A stretch of 64,000 bases of DNA. Source: an uncultured Gemmatimonadaceae bacterium (lineage in GTDB: Bacteria; Gemmatimonadota; Gemmatimonadetes; Gemmatimonadales; Gemmatimonadaceae). Under the pieces are notes generated by a model. That model was not told where the DNA came from, ran no database searches, and saw only the letters and a list, made by a program, of their open reading frames with translations. Positions 30,984 to 40,832 of this stretch are shown one piece after another. The DNA is taken from assembly GCA_963716745.1 (NCBI GenBank), contig OY970320.1, positions 448,001-512,000 on the forward strand, given 5' to 3'. Made by a program: the position numbers and the translations under genes. Within the stretch, counting starts at the first letter, position 1. Each line of letters opens with the position of its first letter.

Positions 30984-31705
30984 CGCACCAGTGTCCCGAC
31001 GCGGTCGCCCCGGATCGCTCCGGCCACCGCGCCCTCCTGTTTAATGTTGAGCACGATCAGCGGCAACTTGTTCTCGTCGCAGAGCGTGATCGCGGTCTGG
31101 TCCATCACGCCGAGCCGCTGCAGGATCACATCGCGATACGTGATCTCCTCGAAGAGCTTCGCCTGCTTGTCCTTCTTGGGATCGGCCGAGTACACGCCGT
31201 TCACGCTCGTGGCCTTGATGATCACATCGGCCTTCATCTGGATCGCGCGCAGCGCGGCGGCAGTGTCGGTGGAGAAGTACGGATTGCCGGTGCCGCCGGC
31301 GAAGATGATCGTGAGCCCCTTCTCGAAATGGCGGAGCGCGCGCCGGCGGATGTATGGCTCGGCGATCTCCTCCATGCGAATGGAGGTCATGACGCGCGTC
31401 TCGACGCCTTTGCGCTCGAGCACGTCCTGCAGCGCGAGCGCGTTGATGATCGTGCCGAGCATGCCCATGTAATCGGCACCCACGCGGTCCATGCCCATCT
31501 GCGAGAGCGCTTGCCCGCGTACGATGTTCCCGCCGCCGATCACGAGGCCGATCTTCACGCCCATCTCGTGCACGGCCTTGATCTCGTTCGCGAGACGGTC
31601 GAGCACGGAGAAGTCGAAGCCGGCGCCACGCCCTCCGGCGAGTGCTTCGCCCGAGAGCTTGAGCAGCACCCGCTGGTAGCGGAGCGCCGGCTTCTTCTTG
31701 ATCAC
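30980..31705 (-). CDS. pyrH: UMP kinase
   Basis: LLKLSGEAL, GGGNIVRG, DYMGMLGT, GNPYFSTD. Confidence 0.97.
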   Translation of the reverse strand: MIKKKPALRYQRVLLKLSGEALAGGRGAGFDFSVLDRLANEIKAVHEMGVKIGLVIGGGNIVRGQALSQMGMDRVGADYMGMLGTIINALALQDVLERKGVETRVMTSIRMEEIAEPYIRRRALRHFEKGLTIIFAGGTGNPYFSTDTAAALRAIQMKADVIIKATSVNGVYSADPKKDKQAKLFEEITYRDVILQRLGVMDQTAITLCDENKLPLIVLNIKQEGAVAGAIRGDRVGTLVR

Positions 31706-32316
31706 TCCTGGCCCATCTGGTAGCGGATGAAGCGCTTGACCACGACGTTCTCGCCGAGCTTGGCCGAGGCCTCCTTCACGAGATCGCCGATCGTCTTCTT
31801 CGGCTCGCGGATCCACGGCTGCGACATGAGCACGACTTCCTTGTAGAACGACTCGACCTTCCCGTCCACGATCTTGGCGACGAGGTTGTCGGGCTTGCCG
31901 CTCTCACGCACCTGCTGCTCGAAGATCTTCCGCTCGTGCGCGACGAGGTCGGCCGACACGCCGTCCTTGTCCACCGACACGGGCGCCGCGCTGGCGATGT
32001 GCATCGCGATGTCCTTCACGAGCTGCTTGAACTCGTCGGTGCGCGCCACGAAGTCGGTCTCACAGTTCACTTCCACCATCACGCCCACTTTGCCGTTGTG
32101 ATGGATGTAGTGCCCGACCGACCCTTCGCTGGCCGCGCGGCCCGCGCGCTTCTCGGCCTTCACGATCCCCTTGGCGCGAAGATGTTCGGCGGCCTTATCC
32201 ATGTCGCCGTTCATCTCCTGCAACGCCTTCTTGGCGTCCATCATGCCCGCGCCGGTGCGCTGGCGGAGATCCTGTACGTCCTTCGCGCTGATGTCCTTCT
32301 TCCCCGTCATTGTCAT
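31702..32316 (-). CDS. tsf: Elongation factor Ts (short form)
   Basis: LRQRTGAGMMDAKKAL, EVNCETDFVAR. Confidence 0.97.
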   Translation of the reverse strand: MTMTGKKDISAKDVQDLRQRTGAGMMDAKKALQEMNGDMDKAAEHLRAKGIVKAEKRAGRAASEGSVGHYIHHNGKVGVMVEVNCETDFVARTDEFKQLVKDIAMHIASAAPVSVDKDGVSADLVAHERKIFEQQVRESGKPDNLVAKIVDGKVESFYKEVVLMSQPWIREPKKTIGDLVKEASAKLGENVVVKRFIRYQMGQE

Positions 32317-32473
32317 TCGTCCTGCACGCCCAAGGCGTGATTCGAAGCGATGCGCCGGCACAGCCCGCGGCACCGCGTAGTTCCTCGTGAGAACGCCGCC
32401 GGCGAGAGGCCGGCGGCGTAGACAGTTTACCAAATATAACGGCCCGGCACGAGTCCCCGGGTGCAGCCCTAGT

Positions 32474-33388
32474 CTACTCGGCCGCCTCTTCAGTTGTCCC
32501 TGCGTCGGAGGATTCGGCCGCATCCGCGGCCGGCTCACCCGGTTCACCCGTCTTCAAGCGCGCGGCGATCGCTTCCGGCTTCGCCCGGCGGCGGCGCGTG
32601 CGCTTGCGGCGCTTGCGGTCGCCATCATCCGCCGGCTCGCTGCCGCGGTCGGAGCTGTACGTCGTCGCGCCCTCTTCATCCTCGAGCTCTTCATGCTTCG
32701 GCGCTTCGCGGCGGGCTTCCCCGATCGCGTTCGCCAGTGTCTGCGTGATCAGCTCCACACTGCGGATCGCGTCGTCGTTGCCAGCGATCGGCACCGTGAT
32801 CAGGTCCGGATCCGCGTTCGTGTCCACGATCGCCACGATCGGGATTTTCAGCTTGTTCGCCTCGGTGACGGCGATCTTCTCCTTGCGGGAGTCGATCACG
32901 ATCATCAGGCCCGGCAGGCGGCCCATGTTCTTGATGCCCGAGAGGTACTTCGCGAGCTTCTCCTTCTCGCGGTTCATCATGAGCTGTTCTTTCTTCGTGT
33001 AGTTCCCGAACTCGCCGCCTTCCTCGCTCCCCGCCTCGAGGTCCTTGAGGCGGCGGATCTGCTTCTTCACCGTCTGGAAATTGGTGAGGAGGCCGCCGAG
33101 CCAGCGTTCGGTCACGAACATCGCGCCGCACTTCTCGGCCTCGGCCTGCACGATGCCCTTCAGCTGCTTCTTGGTGCAGACGAAGAGCACGCCGTCGCCC
33201 TTCAGGATCGTGTCGCGGCACATCTTCTGCGCGAGGTCGATCTGACGGAGCGTCTTCTGGAGGTCGATGATGTGGATGCCGTTGCGCTCGGCGAAGATGA
33301 ACCGGCGCATCTTGGGATTCCAACGGCGGGTCTGGTGCCCGAAGTGGACCCCGGCAGCGAGCAATTGCTCGAGGGTGGGTGACGTCAT
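32474..33388 (-). CDS. rpsB: 30S ribosomal protein S2
   Basis: AGVHFGHQTRRWNPKM, RWLGGLLTN, GNDDAIRS. Confidence 0.98.
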   Translation of the reverse strand: MTSPTLEQLLAAGVHFGHQTRRWNPKMRRFIFAERNGIHIIDLQKTLRQIDLAQKMCRDTILKGDGVLFVCTKKQLKGIVQAEAEKCGAMFVTERWLGGLLTNFQTVKKQIRRLKDLEAGSEEGGEFGNYTKKEQLMMNREKEKLAKYLSGIKNMGRLPGLMIVIDSRKEKIAVTEANKLKIPIVAIVDTNADPDLITVPIAGNDDAIRSVELITQTLANAIGEARREAPKHEELEDEEGATTYSSDRGSEPADDGDRKRRKRTRRRRAKPEAIAARLKTGEPGEPAADAAESSDAGTTEEAAE

Positions 33389-33406
33389 TCGCTTTTCATC
33401 CTTCCT

Positions 33407-33487
33407 GGTTGAGTCCGCCGTTCCCGTCGGCGCTTTAGTGGACCGGGTGGAACCCGGCACCCCCACCGCAGCTCGGGGAACGTGTGA
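33407..33487 (-). ncRNA. rpsB leader (S2-binding, t44-like) cis-regulatory RNA
   Basis: Minus strand reads CACACGTTCCC...GGGGGTGCC...GGTC...GGGAACGGCGGA..CAACC, matching the recalled CACACG/GGGUGCC/GGA..AACC pattern of the S2 leader; CGTTCCC pairs with GGGAACG. Confidence 0.7.
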
Positions 33488-33535
33488 GATGCGCGGGAGC
33501 GACGGACAGTCCGCCGCTCGCCGCGAGTGAACTGT

Positions 33536-33928
33536 TTACCGCTTGCTGAACTGGAACCGCTTGCGCGCCTTCGGACGGCCCGGCTTCTTGCGCTCCACCG
33601 CGCGCGCATCGCGCGTCAGGAGTCCGAGGTCACGCAGCTTGCGACGGTGCACTTCATCGATCTTCACGAGCGCGCGCGCGGCGGCGAGCCGCAGCGCACC
33701 GGCCTGACCGCTCACACCACCGCCCTCGATGGTCGCCTTCACGTCCCAGCGGCCGAGGTTGTCGGTGATCGTGAATGGCTGCTGGATGGACGACACGAGC
33801 GTGGGCCGCGGGAAATAGTCGCCGAGCGTGCGCCCGTTGACATCCCACTTGCCCGAGCCCGGGCGCAGATAGATCCGGCAGACGCTTTCCTTGCGGCGAC
33901 CGATCGCGTGCGTGACGTCAGCCATCAC
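33536..33928 (-). CDS. rpsI: 30S ribosomal protein S9
   Basis: [36 protein letters not shown]. Confidence 0.98.
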   Translation of the reverse strand: MMADVTHAIGRRKESVCRIYLRPGSGKWDVNGRTLGDYFPRPTLVSSIQQPFTITDNLGRWDVKATIEGGGVSGQAGALRLAAARALVKIDEVHRRKLRDLGLLTRDARAVERKKPGRPKARKRFQFSKR

Positions 33929-34383
33929 TTGCTCTCGCTGTTCTTGAGGTTGAGGACTCTCGGCTGCTGTGCGACGTGCGGATGCTCCGCGCCGGCGTAC
34001 ACCTTGAGCTTGAGGCGGAGCTTCTGGCGGCCGAGCGCTGTTTTCGGCAGCATGCCGAACACAGCCTTCTCGATCACGCGCTCCGGATGCTTCGCGAGCA
34101 TGGACGCGTACGGCGTGAACCGCTCGTGGCCCATGTAACCGGTGTGGCGGAAGTAGCGCTTCTGCTCCGCCTTGCGGCCGGTGACGCGCACCTTGGACGC
34201 GTTGATCACAATGACGTGATCGCCGGTGTCCATGTGGGGCGTGAAGATGGGCTTATGCTTGCCACGGATGATGCGCGCGACTTCGGTGGCGAGGCGCCCA
34301 AGGACGAGGTCCTCGGCGTCCACCACGAACCAGTTCGCGGTGATATCCGTCGGTTTGGCTGAGAAGGTCTTGTTCATAGACAT
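33925..34383 (-). CDS. rplM: 50S ribosomal protein L13
   Basis: [32 protein letters not shown]. Confidence 0.98.
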   Translation of the reverse strand: MSMNKTFSAKPTDITANWFVVDAEDLVLGRLATEVARIIRGKHKPIFTPHMDTGDHVIVINASKVRVTGRKAEQKRYFRHTGYMGHERFTPYASMLAKHPERVIEKAVFGMLPKTALGRQKLRLKLKVYAGAEHPHVAQQPRVLNLKNSESK

Positions 34384-34413
34384 AGTAGGGGACGGCATTT
34401 GGGACAGACTTAC

Positions 34414-34442
34414 AAGCTAGTTACGCTGGTAAGTCGTGTCAA
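34414..34442 (-). promoter_or_regulatory. sigma70 promoter of rplM-rpsI
   Basis: TTGACA-N17-TAGCTT. Confidence 0.8.
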
Positions 34443-34483
34443 CTCCACGAGATAGTGGGATTGTGGTCCCACTGACTCAACCC

Positions 34484-35266
34484 CTACCGGAAGTGGTAGT
34501 CGATCCCCGCCCGGAGCACGTTCAGGCTCACCGCCGCCGAGTGCGTGAACATGACGTTCGGGTAGGTGTTGGTCCCACCTTCCCCGTCGGACGACGTCAA
34601 GTTGTCGCTCGTTCCCGACATGGTGCCCAGACTCGCGTAGAGATACTCGAATCGCACGGACCACTTGCTCGCGGGGCCGAGCAGATACTCGGCGCCGGCG
34701 CCCAGCGTCCAGCCGGTCTGTGCCGAGGATTGCGACGCGGACTCATCGGCGCTCGCGTTTGTGTCGGTGAAGTGCTCCGTGTATTTCACGGTGCCGAACG
34801 TAACGCCGCCGGCGCCGTAAAAGAGCCACTGTGGCGTGGCGTAGCCGAGCCGAATGCGCGCCGTGCCGAGCGAGCTGGCCTTCACGGTCTGATCGATCGT
34901 GAAATCGGCGTCGCAGCAGGGGTAGGTGCCCGTATTGCTATGCGAACTGCTCACGCTGAGCGCGCTGTAGTCGACCTCGAAGCCCAGCACCCATTGCTTC
35001 GCGACGAGGTTATAGCCGGCGCTGAGGCCCGCGGTGAGGCCGCCGGGCGAGGCGCTGTTCGTGCCGGCCGCGTTGATAGGTGCGAGGCTCGAGGTCGGGA
35101 AATAGTCCTGGGCGGGATCCGTGACGGTCTCGGTCGTCTTCGTCGACCCGAGCCCGTAGCCGGCAACCGCACCGACGTAGAAACCGCCGAACGCGGACTG
35201 GGCGTGCGTGCCGGTCGTGAGGGCTGCGAGCACGGTGATGGCGAGCGAGAGACGGGCGGATCGCAT
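34484..35266 (-). CDS. Outer membrane beta-barrel protein (Omp25/RopB-like)
   Basis: Signal peptide, FGGFYVG, GTARIRLGYA, GWTLGAGAEY, C-terminal GIDYHF. Confidence 0.85.
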   Translation of the reverse strand: MRSARLSLAITVLAALTTGTHAQSAFGGFYVGAVAGYGLGSTKTTETVTDPAQDYFPTSSLAPINAAGTNSASPGGLTAGLSAGYNLVAKQWVLGFEVDYSALSVSSSHSNTGTYPCCDADFTIDQTVKASSLGTARIRLGYATPQWLFYGAGGVTFGTVKYTEHFTDTNASADESASQSSAQTGWTLGAGAEYLLGPASKWSVRFEYLYASLGTMSGTSDNLTSSDGEGGTNTYPNVMFTHSAAVSLNVLRAGIDYHFR

Positions 35267-35331
35267 GAGACGCTCCAAGGCTGGGTACGGATAGAACGTG
35301 CGGCGTCGCGCTTCCGTTGCGTGTGAGTCGC

Positions 35332-35832
35332 TCATTCCATTTCCACGAGGGTCGCGCCCTTCTCCACGGCATCGCCGGGTGCGACGCGCACGGCCTTCAC
35401 GACGCCGGCGCCGTGGGCGCGCAGTTCGTTCTCCATCTTCATCGCCTCCATTGCGATGAGCCCCTGTCCCGCTTCCACCGTGTCGCCGGCTCTCACGTGC
35501 ACGCGCACGATGAGGCCGGGCATGGGCGCGAGCAGCGGCACGGGACCCGTGGGTCCAGCCGCCGCGGCGGTGAGATCGCGGATGGTGCGCGTGCGCTCGT
35601 CGAGCGCTTCCACGTCGTAGCTGAAGCCGTCCATCCAGAGCGTGTAGGCGCCGCGTCCCTTCCGCGCGCGCACGACCACGCGATGCACCTCGGTGCCGAT
35701 GGTGACGAGACGCACCGGCGTACCTTCCACCGCGCGTAGAGTGGCGGCCCGCTCAGCGCCCTCCACGGTAGCGCGACCCGGCTCCAGATCCACCGTGATC
35801 CGTGTGCCGCGCACATCAACGATGTACTTCAC
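35332..35832 (-). CDS. Biotin carboxyl carrier (biotin/lipoyl attachment) protein
   Basis: APMPG, EAMKMENE biotinylation motif. Confidence 0.93.
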   Translation of the reverse strand: MKYIVDVRGTRITVDLEPGRATVEGAERAATLRAVEGTPVRLVTIGTEVHRVVVRARKGRGAYTLWMDGFSYDVEALDERTRTIRDLTAAAAGPTGPVPLLAPMPGLIVRVHVRAGDTVEAGQGLIAMEAMKMENELRAHGAGVVKAVRVAPGDAVEKGATLVEME

Positions 35833-37100
35833 GCGGCCTCCGGGACGAGTTCGCACACGGTCTCGACGTGCGCCGTCTGCGGGAACATGTCGAAGCAGAC
35901 GAGCGAGGCGATCCGCCAGCGCGGCAGCCGCGCGAGGTCGCGCGCGAGCGTCGCGGGGTCGCAGCTCACGTAGACCACGGCGCGCGTCTCGGCGGCGCCG
36001 GTCTCGAGCAATGTCGTGATGGCGGCGTCGACGCCGGCGCGCGGTGGGTTCAGCACGATCACGTCGGCGGGCAGCGCGTCAGCGAGCATGTCCTCAACGC
36101 GCGCCGCGACCACGCGCGAGCCAGGCGGCAGGCGCTGTGCGCACCACGCGGCCGCATCCTCGTCGAGTTCGATCGCCGTGACGCGCACGCCGACGGACGC
36201 GGCGGCGGCCGCGGTCTCGCCGAGTCCGGCGTAGGCGTCCACGAGCGTCGCGGGCCGGTGCGCCATCGCGCGTTCCAGCGCGTGCCGCTGGAGCGCGGGC
36301 GCCATCGCCGCGTTCACTTGTGCGAAGCTCGCTCCGGGCGCGCCGGTCGCGCCGCGGTGCCCGATGCGGCGCCGCACGCCGCCCTCCGGCGTCCACCAGA
36401 GCGACGCGATCGAGGCGACGCGCGCGAAGAACTTGTCGCTCGCCGGCCAGGACAGTCCGCCCTCGAGCGCGAACGATGCGTGCTCGCCATCGATGCGCAC
36501 CGCGCCGCGCAGCTCGATCGCATCGGGAAGATCGGCGCCATGCGCGAGCACGTCGCGCCACACGGCGAGGATCCGCTCGTCGGTGATCGGGCAGTCCTCG
36601 AGCGCGAACACGCGGCCGGGCGCGTCGTACGGATGCATGCCGGCGTACCATTGCGCGCCGCGGCGGCGCATCGCGAGCGTGAGCTTGCCGCGGTACCGCC
36701 ACGTCGCGGGCGACGGACGCACCTCGGGCGGCGCCACATCACGGTGCCCGATGCGCTTGAGCGAGTCGCTCACGATGCGCGCCTTCACGGCGCGCTGTGC
36801 GTCGTAGGAGAGGTGCTGGATCTGGCATCCGCCGCACTTGTCGCGCGTGTAGTGCACGCACCGCGCGTCCACGCGGTCGGCCGAGGGCGCCTCGAGCGAC
36901 CGCAGTGCGCCGCGCGCGAAGCGCGGACCCGGAACGAACTCGATGACCGCGCGATCGCCGGGCGCGGTGCGCGGCGTGAAGACCACGAGCCCCTCGTGGC
37001 GGCTCACGCCGTCGCCGCCCGCGGCGATCGCGGTGACGTCGAGAACAGCGGAGGTCGACTGTCGGCTGTCGGCTGTCGGCGAACGGCGGTGGGTCCTCAT
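35829..37100 (-). CDS. TRAM-domain RNA (uracil-5)-methyltransferase, RlmD/TrmA family
   Basis: C.HY..DKCGGCQ, SFAQVN, NPPRAG, YVSCDPATLARD, DMFPQTAHVE. Confidence 0.92.
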   Translation of the reverse strand: MRTHRRSPTADSRQSTSAVLDVTAIAAGGDGVSRHEGLVVFTPRTAPGDRAVIEFVPGPRFARGALRSLEAPSADRVDARCVHYTRDKCGGCQIQHLSYDAQRAVKARIVSDSLKRIGHRDVAPPEVRPSPATWRYRGKLTLAMRRRGAQWYAGMHPYDAPGRVFALEDCPITDERILAVWRDVLAHGADLPDAIELRGAVRIDGEHASFALEGGLSWPASDKFFARVASIASLWWTPEGGVRRRIGHRGATGAPGASFAQVNAAMAPALQRHALERAMAHRPATLVDAYAGLGETAAAAASVGVRVTAIELDEDAAAWCAQRLPPGSRVVAARVEDMLADALPADVIVLNPPRAGVDAAITTLLETGAAETRAVVYVSCDPATLARDLARLPRWRIASLVCFDMFPQTAHVETVCELVPEAA

Positions 37101-38608
37101 TCGCGGAGGGCCTCGCGGCGAGCGGCGATCTGCCAGGCGTCGGCGGACGCGGAGGAAGGCGAAGCGGATGACGGAACGCGACGCGACGTGCGCTCCTCTT
37201 CGGCGAGCAGCGCGGCGGCGATCGCGGCGGCGAGGTCGCCGCCAGCGGGCGGTGCCACGCTCGTCAGCGACGCGAGCCGCCGCTCGAGCCACTGGATGTC
37301 GATCGCGCCCTTCCGGAAATCGTCGTCCTCCATCACGCGCAAGTGGAAATCGCGCGAGGTCTCGACGCCCTCCACCGTGAGCTCGAGCAGCGCGCGATGC
37401 ATGCGCGCGATCGCCGCGTCACGCGTGGGCGCCCACACGATGAGCTTCGCGAGCATCGGATCATAGTGCAGACCCACTTCCGTGCCGATCCCGATGCCGC
37501 CGTCCCAGCGCACACCGGGTCCGCCCGGCAGCCGCAGGTACGAGATGCGGCCGGTGGACGGCAGGAAATCGTTGGCCGGGTCCTCGCTCGTGATGCGGCA
37601 CTCGATCGACCAGCCGCGCGGCGTGAACTGCTCCTGCGTGAACGGGAGCCGCTCGCCGCGTGCGATGCGCAGCTGCCACTGCACGATGTCGATGCCCGTG
37701 ACGAGTTCGGTGACCGGATGTTCCACCTGCAGCCGGGTGTTCATTTCCAGGAAATAGAAACTGCCGTCGCGGTCGAGCAGGAATTCGCAGGTGCCGGCAT
37801 TCACATAGCCGGCCGCGAGCGCCGCCTTCACCGCGGTGTCACCCATGCGCTTCCGCAACTCCGGAGTCACGGCCACGCTTGGCGCTTCTTCGATCATCTT
37901 CTGATGGCGCCGCTGCACCGAGCATTCGCGCTCGCCAAGCGAGAGCATCGTGCCATGCATGTCGCCGAGCACCTGGATCTCCACATGGCGCGGCCCGCTG
38001 ATGTATTTCTCCACGTACACGGCGTCGTCGCCGAAGGCGTTCTTCGCCTCGCGCCGCGCGCTGTCGAGCGCGCCGGCGAGTTCGCTCTCGGCCTTCACGA
38101 CGCGCATCCCCTTCCCGCCGCCGCCGGCCGCCGCCTTGAGCAGCACCGGATAGCCGAAGCTCTTCGCGATGCGCGCCGCTTCCGTGGCATCGCGCAGCGG
38201 CTCGGCGGTGCCGGGCACCACCGGCACGCCGGCCTTCATAGCGAGCGTGCGTGCGGCGGTCTTGCTCCCGAGCGCGGCGATCGCTTCGGGCGGCGGGCCG
38301 ACGAACACGAGACCGGCGTCACGTACCGCGCGCGCGAAATGCTCGCGCTCGGCAAGGAATCCGTAGCCTGGATGGATCGCGCCGGCGCCGGTGCGCTTCG
38401 CAGCCTCGATGAGCTTGTCGGCGCGCAGATAGCTCTCGGTGGATGCGGCCGGGCCGATCGCGACGGCCTCGTCCGCCTCTCGCACGTGCGGCGCGCCGGC
38501 GTCGGGCTCGCTGTACACCGCGACCGATCGCAGCCCCAATTCCTGGCACGCGCGCACGATCCGCAGCGCGATCTCGCCGCGATTCGCGATCAGGACCTTA
38601 TCGAACAT
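37097..38608 (-). CDS. accC: Biotin carboxylase subunit (acetyl/propionyl-CoA carboxylase)
   Basis: KVLIANRGEIA, GGGGKGMR, RECSVQRRHQK, EMNTRLQVEHPVTE. Confidence 0.95.
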   Translation of the reverse strand: MFDKVLIANRGEIALRIVRACQELGLRSVAVYSEPDAGAPHVREADEAVAIGPAASTESYLRADKLIEAAKRTGAGAIHPGYGFLAEREHFARAVRDAGLVFVGPPPEAIAALGSKTAARTLAMKAGVPVVPGTAEPLRDATEAARIAKSFGYPVLLKAAAGGGGKGMRVVKAESELAGALDSARREAKNAFGDDAVYVEKYISGPRHVEIQVLGDMHGTMLSLGERECSVQRRHQKMIEEAPSVAVTPELRKRMGDTAVKAALAAGYVNAGTCEFLLDRDGSFYFLEMNTRLQVEHPVTELVTGIDIVQWQLRIARGERLPFTQEQFTPRGWSIECRITSEDPANDFLPSTGRISYLRLPGGPGVRWDGGIGIGTEVGLHYDPMLAKLIVWAPTRDAAIARMHRALLELTVEGVETSRDFHLRVMEDDDFRKGAIDIQWLERRLASLTSVAPPAGGDLAAAIAAALLAEEERTSRRVPSSASPSSASADAWQIAARREALRE

Positions 38609-39104
38609 CGCGCGGTTCCAGGGCAGTCGCGAGGATGCGCTCCAGCGGCGCGCGCGCGAATTGCGTGCGGCCTACGAAACTGAAACGCACGATGCGTTTG
38701 GCGTCGATCAGGAAGCAGGCGGGATGCGCAATGTTGAACGCGTCGAGTCCGATGGGGTGCCACACACCGTACTGTTTGATCACGGCGCGGTCCGGATCGC
38801 AGAGCAGCGGGAACGGATAGCCCTTCTTCGATCCCTTAATGGCGTCGCCCATCCGCCCGCACGATTGCGGCAGGATCGCGGCGATGCCGATCGTGGCGCG
38901 CTCATAGAGCGGCCACTCGTCGCGCAGCTCCCCGAGCTGCCCGCGGCAGTTGGGTCACCAGAATCCGCGGTGGAAGACAAGCAGGAGCCCGGACCGCTCA
39001 CGCAGCAGGTCCGCGAGCGACGTGCGCTCGCCGCTCGCGGCGTCGGTGAGCGTGAACGGCGGCGCCGTGTCGCCAATGTGGAGCGTCGCGCTCGGCCCGG
39101 CCAT
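38598..39104 (-). CDS. AhpC/TSA (peroxiredoxin-like) selenoprotein with UxxC motif; in-frame TGA at 38955-38957
   Basis: ATG at 39104 gives [19 protein letters not shown]...LLLVFHRGFW*PNCRGQL...YPFPLLCDPDRAVIKQYG...AHPACFLID. The frame is continuous through TGA (codon 50 of 168). Confidence 0.88.
38921..38946 (-). promoter_or_regulatory. Bacterial SECIS-like hairpin
   Basis: mRNA: UGA-CCCAACUGC-CGCGG-GCAGCUC-GGG-GAGCUGC-GCG; 7-bp stem with a G-rich loop 21 nt after UGA. Confidence 0.7.
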
Positions 39105-40654
39105 CAGAGCGGGATGTTGCCATGCTTCTTCGGTGGGTTGCGGTCGCGCTTCGCGCGCAGCGTCTCGAGCGCATCGATGAGACGCGGGCGCGTCTCCCGA
39201 GGATCGATGATGTCATCCAGATAGCCGCGCCCCGCGGCGATGTACGGATGCGCGAACTTCTCGCGATACTCGTTGATCTTCTGCTCGGTGGCGGCCTCGG
39301 CATCCTTGCTCTCCGCGATCTCCTTGCGGAAGAGGATCTCCACCGCGCCCTTGGGACCCATGACCGCGATCTCGGCGGTGGGCCATGCCAGATTGAAGTC
39401 GCCGCGGATGTGCTTGCTGCTCATGACGTCGTACGCGCCGCCGTACGCCTTGCGCGTGATCACCGTGAGCTTGGGCACCGTCGCCTCGCAGTACGCGTAG
39501 AGCAATTTCGCGCCGTGACGGATGATGCCGTGGTGCTCCTGCGCGACGCCGGGCAGGAAACCCGGCACATCCTCGAACGTGATGATCGGGATGTTGAACG
39601 CATCGCAGAAGCGGATGAAGCGCGCGGCTTTGATGCTCGCGTCGATGTCGAGCACGCCAGCGAGCACGGCCGGCTGGTTCGCGACGATGCCCACCGAGAT
39701 CCCGCCCAGGTGTGCGAAGCCGCAGAGGATGTTGCGCGCATAATCGCCGTGCACCTCATAGAACGTGCCGTCGTCCACGACGCGGCGCAGCACGTCGTGC
39801 ATATCGTACGGTTTGTTGGGATTGTCGGGCACGACGTCCAGCAACCCTTCGTCGCGGCGATCGCGCGGATCGGTGCCGGCGCCGCGCGGTGCCTCGCTGA
39901 GATTGTTCGGCGGAATGAAGTGCAGCAGATCGCGGATCGCACCAAGACATGCGAACTCCGAATCGTGCGCGAAGTGCGCGACGCCGCTCATGCTCGCGTG
40001 CGTGTCGGCGCCGCCGAGCTGCTCCATCGTTACGTCTTCGTGCGTGACGGTCTTCACGACGTTCGGGCCGGTCACGAACATGAAGGACGTGCCGCGCACC
40101 ATGTACACGAAATCGGTGATCGCCGGCGAGTACACCGCGCCGCCCGCGCAGGGGCCGAGGATCGCCGAGATCTGCGGCACCACGCCGCTCGCGAGCGTGT
40201 TGCGCTTGAAGATCTCCGCGTAGCCGCCGAGGGAGACGACGCCCTCCTGGATGCGCGCGCCGCCGGAATCGTTGAGGCCGATCACCGGTGCGCCATTGCG
40301 CACGGCGTGATCCATTACCTTGCAGATCTTCTCGGCGTGCGATTCGGAGAGCGAGCCGCCGAAGACGGTGAAGTCCTGCGAGAAGACGTACACGAGCTGA
40401 CCGTGCACGCGGCCGTACCCGGTGACGACGCCGTCGCCGTACGGGCGCTGCTCTTCGAGACCGAAATCGGATGAGCGGTGGACGACGAAGCGGTCGAGTT
40501 CGACGAACGTGCCCTCATCGAGGAGCACATCCAGCCGCTCGCGCGCCGAGAGCTTTCCCTTGTCGTGCTGCGCTTTGAGGCGGGCGGCACCGCCGCCGAG
40601 TTCACTCTCGGCGCGGCGTTTCTCGAGGAGTTCGAGCTTCTCTCGCATGCTCAT
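39104..40654 (-). CDS. pccB: Acyl-CoA (propionyl/methylmalonyl-CoA) carboxylase carboxyltransferase subunit
   Basis: [56 protein letters not shown]. Confidence 0.93.
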   Translation of the reverse strand: MSMREKLELLEKRRAESELGGGAARLKAQHDKGKLSARERLDVLLDEGTFVELDRFVVHRSSDFGLEEQRPYGDGVVTGYGRVHGQLVYVFSQDFTVFGGSLSESHAEKICKVMDHAVRNGAPVIGLNDSGGARIQEGVVSLGGYAEIFKRNTLASGVVPQISAILGPCAGGAVYSPAITDFVYMVRGTSFMFVTGPNVVKTVTHEDVTMEQLGGADTHASMSGVAHFAHDSEFACLGAIRDLLHFIPPNNLSEAPRGAGTDPRDRRDEGLLDVVPDNPNKPYDMHDVLRRVVDDGTFYEVHGDYARNILCGFAHLGGISVGIVANQPAVLAGVLDIDASIKAARFIRFCDAFNIPIITFEDVPGFLPGVAQEHHGIIRHGAKLLYAYCEATVPKLTVITRKAYGGAYDVMSSKHIRGDFNLAWPTAEIAVMGPKGAVEILFRKEIAESKDAEAATEQKINEYREKFAHPYIAAGRGYLDDIIDPRETRPRLIDALETLRAKRDRNPPKKHGNIPL

Positions 40655-40702
40655 GGCCAAAACCTAGCGTCGGAGCCTGTCGGCCGCGAGCGTGGACCTC
40701 AC

Positions 40703-40806
40703 GACTGACGGGAAGCGGGAAGCGGGAAGCGCCGCGGAATGCGAGAACTGACGAGGGCTCCTCGTTCGTTCTCGCGTCCCGCGGCGCTTCCCGCTTCCCG
40801 TCAGTC
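40703..40806. repeat. Palindromic (GGGAAGC)n element, copy 4
   Basis: GACTGAC(GGGAAGC)3GCCGCGG...CCGCGGC(GCTTCCC)2GTCAGTC. Confidence 0.9.
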
Positions 40807-40832
40807 TCGCTGGACTGCGGAAGCCAGATCCA

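Noticed and set aside
31702..32316. Unusually short EF-Ts
   Set aside because: The ~200-aa form is a known normal variant in many phyla.
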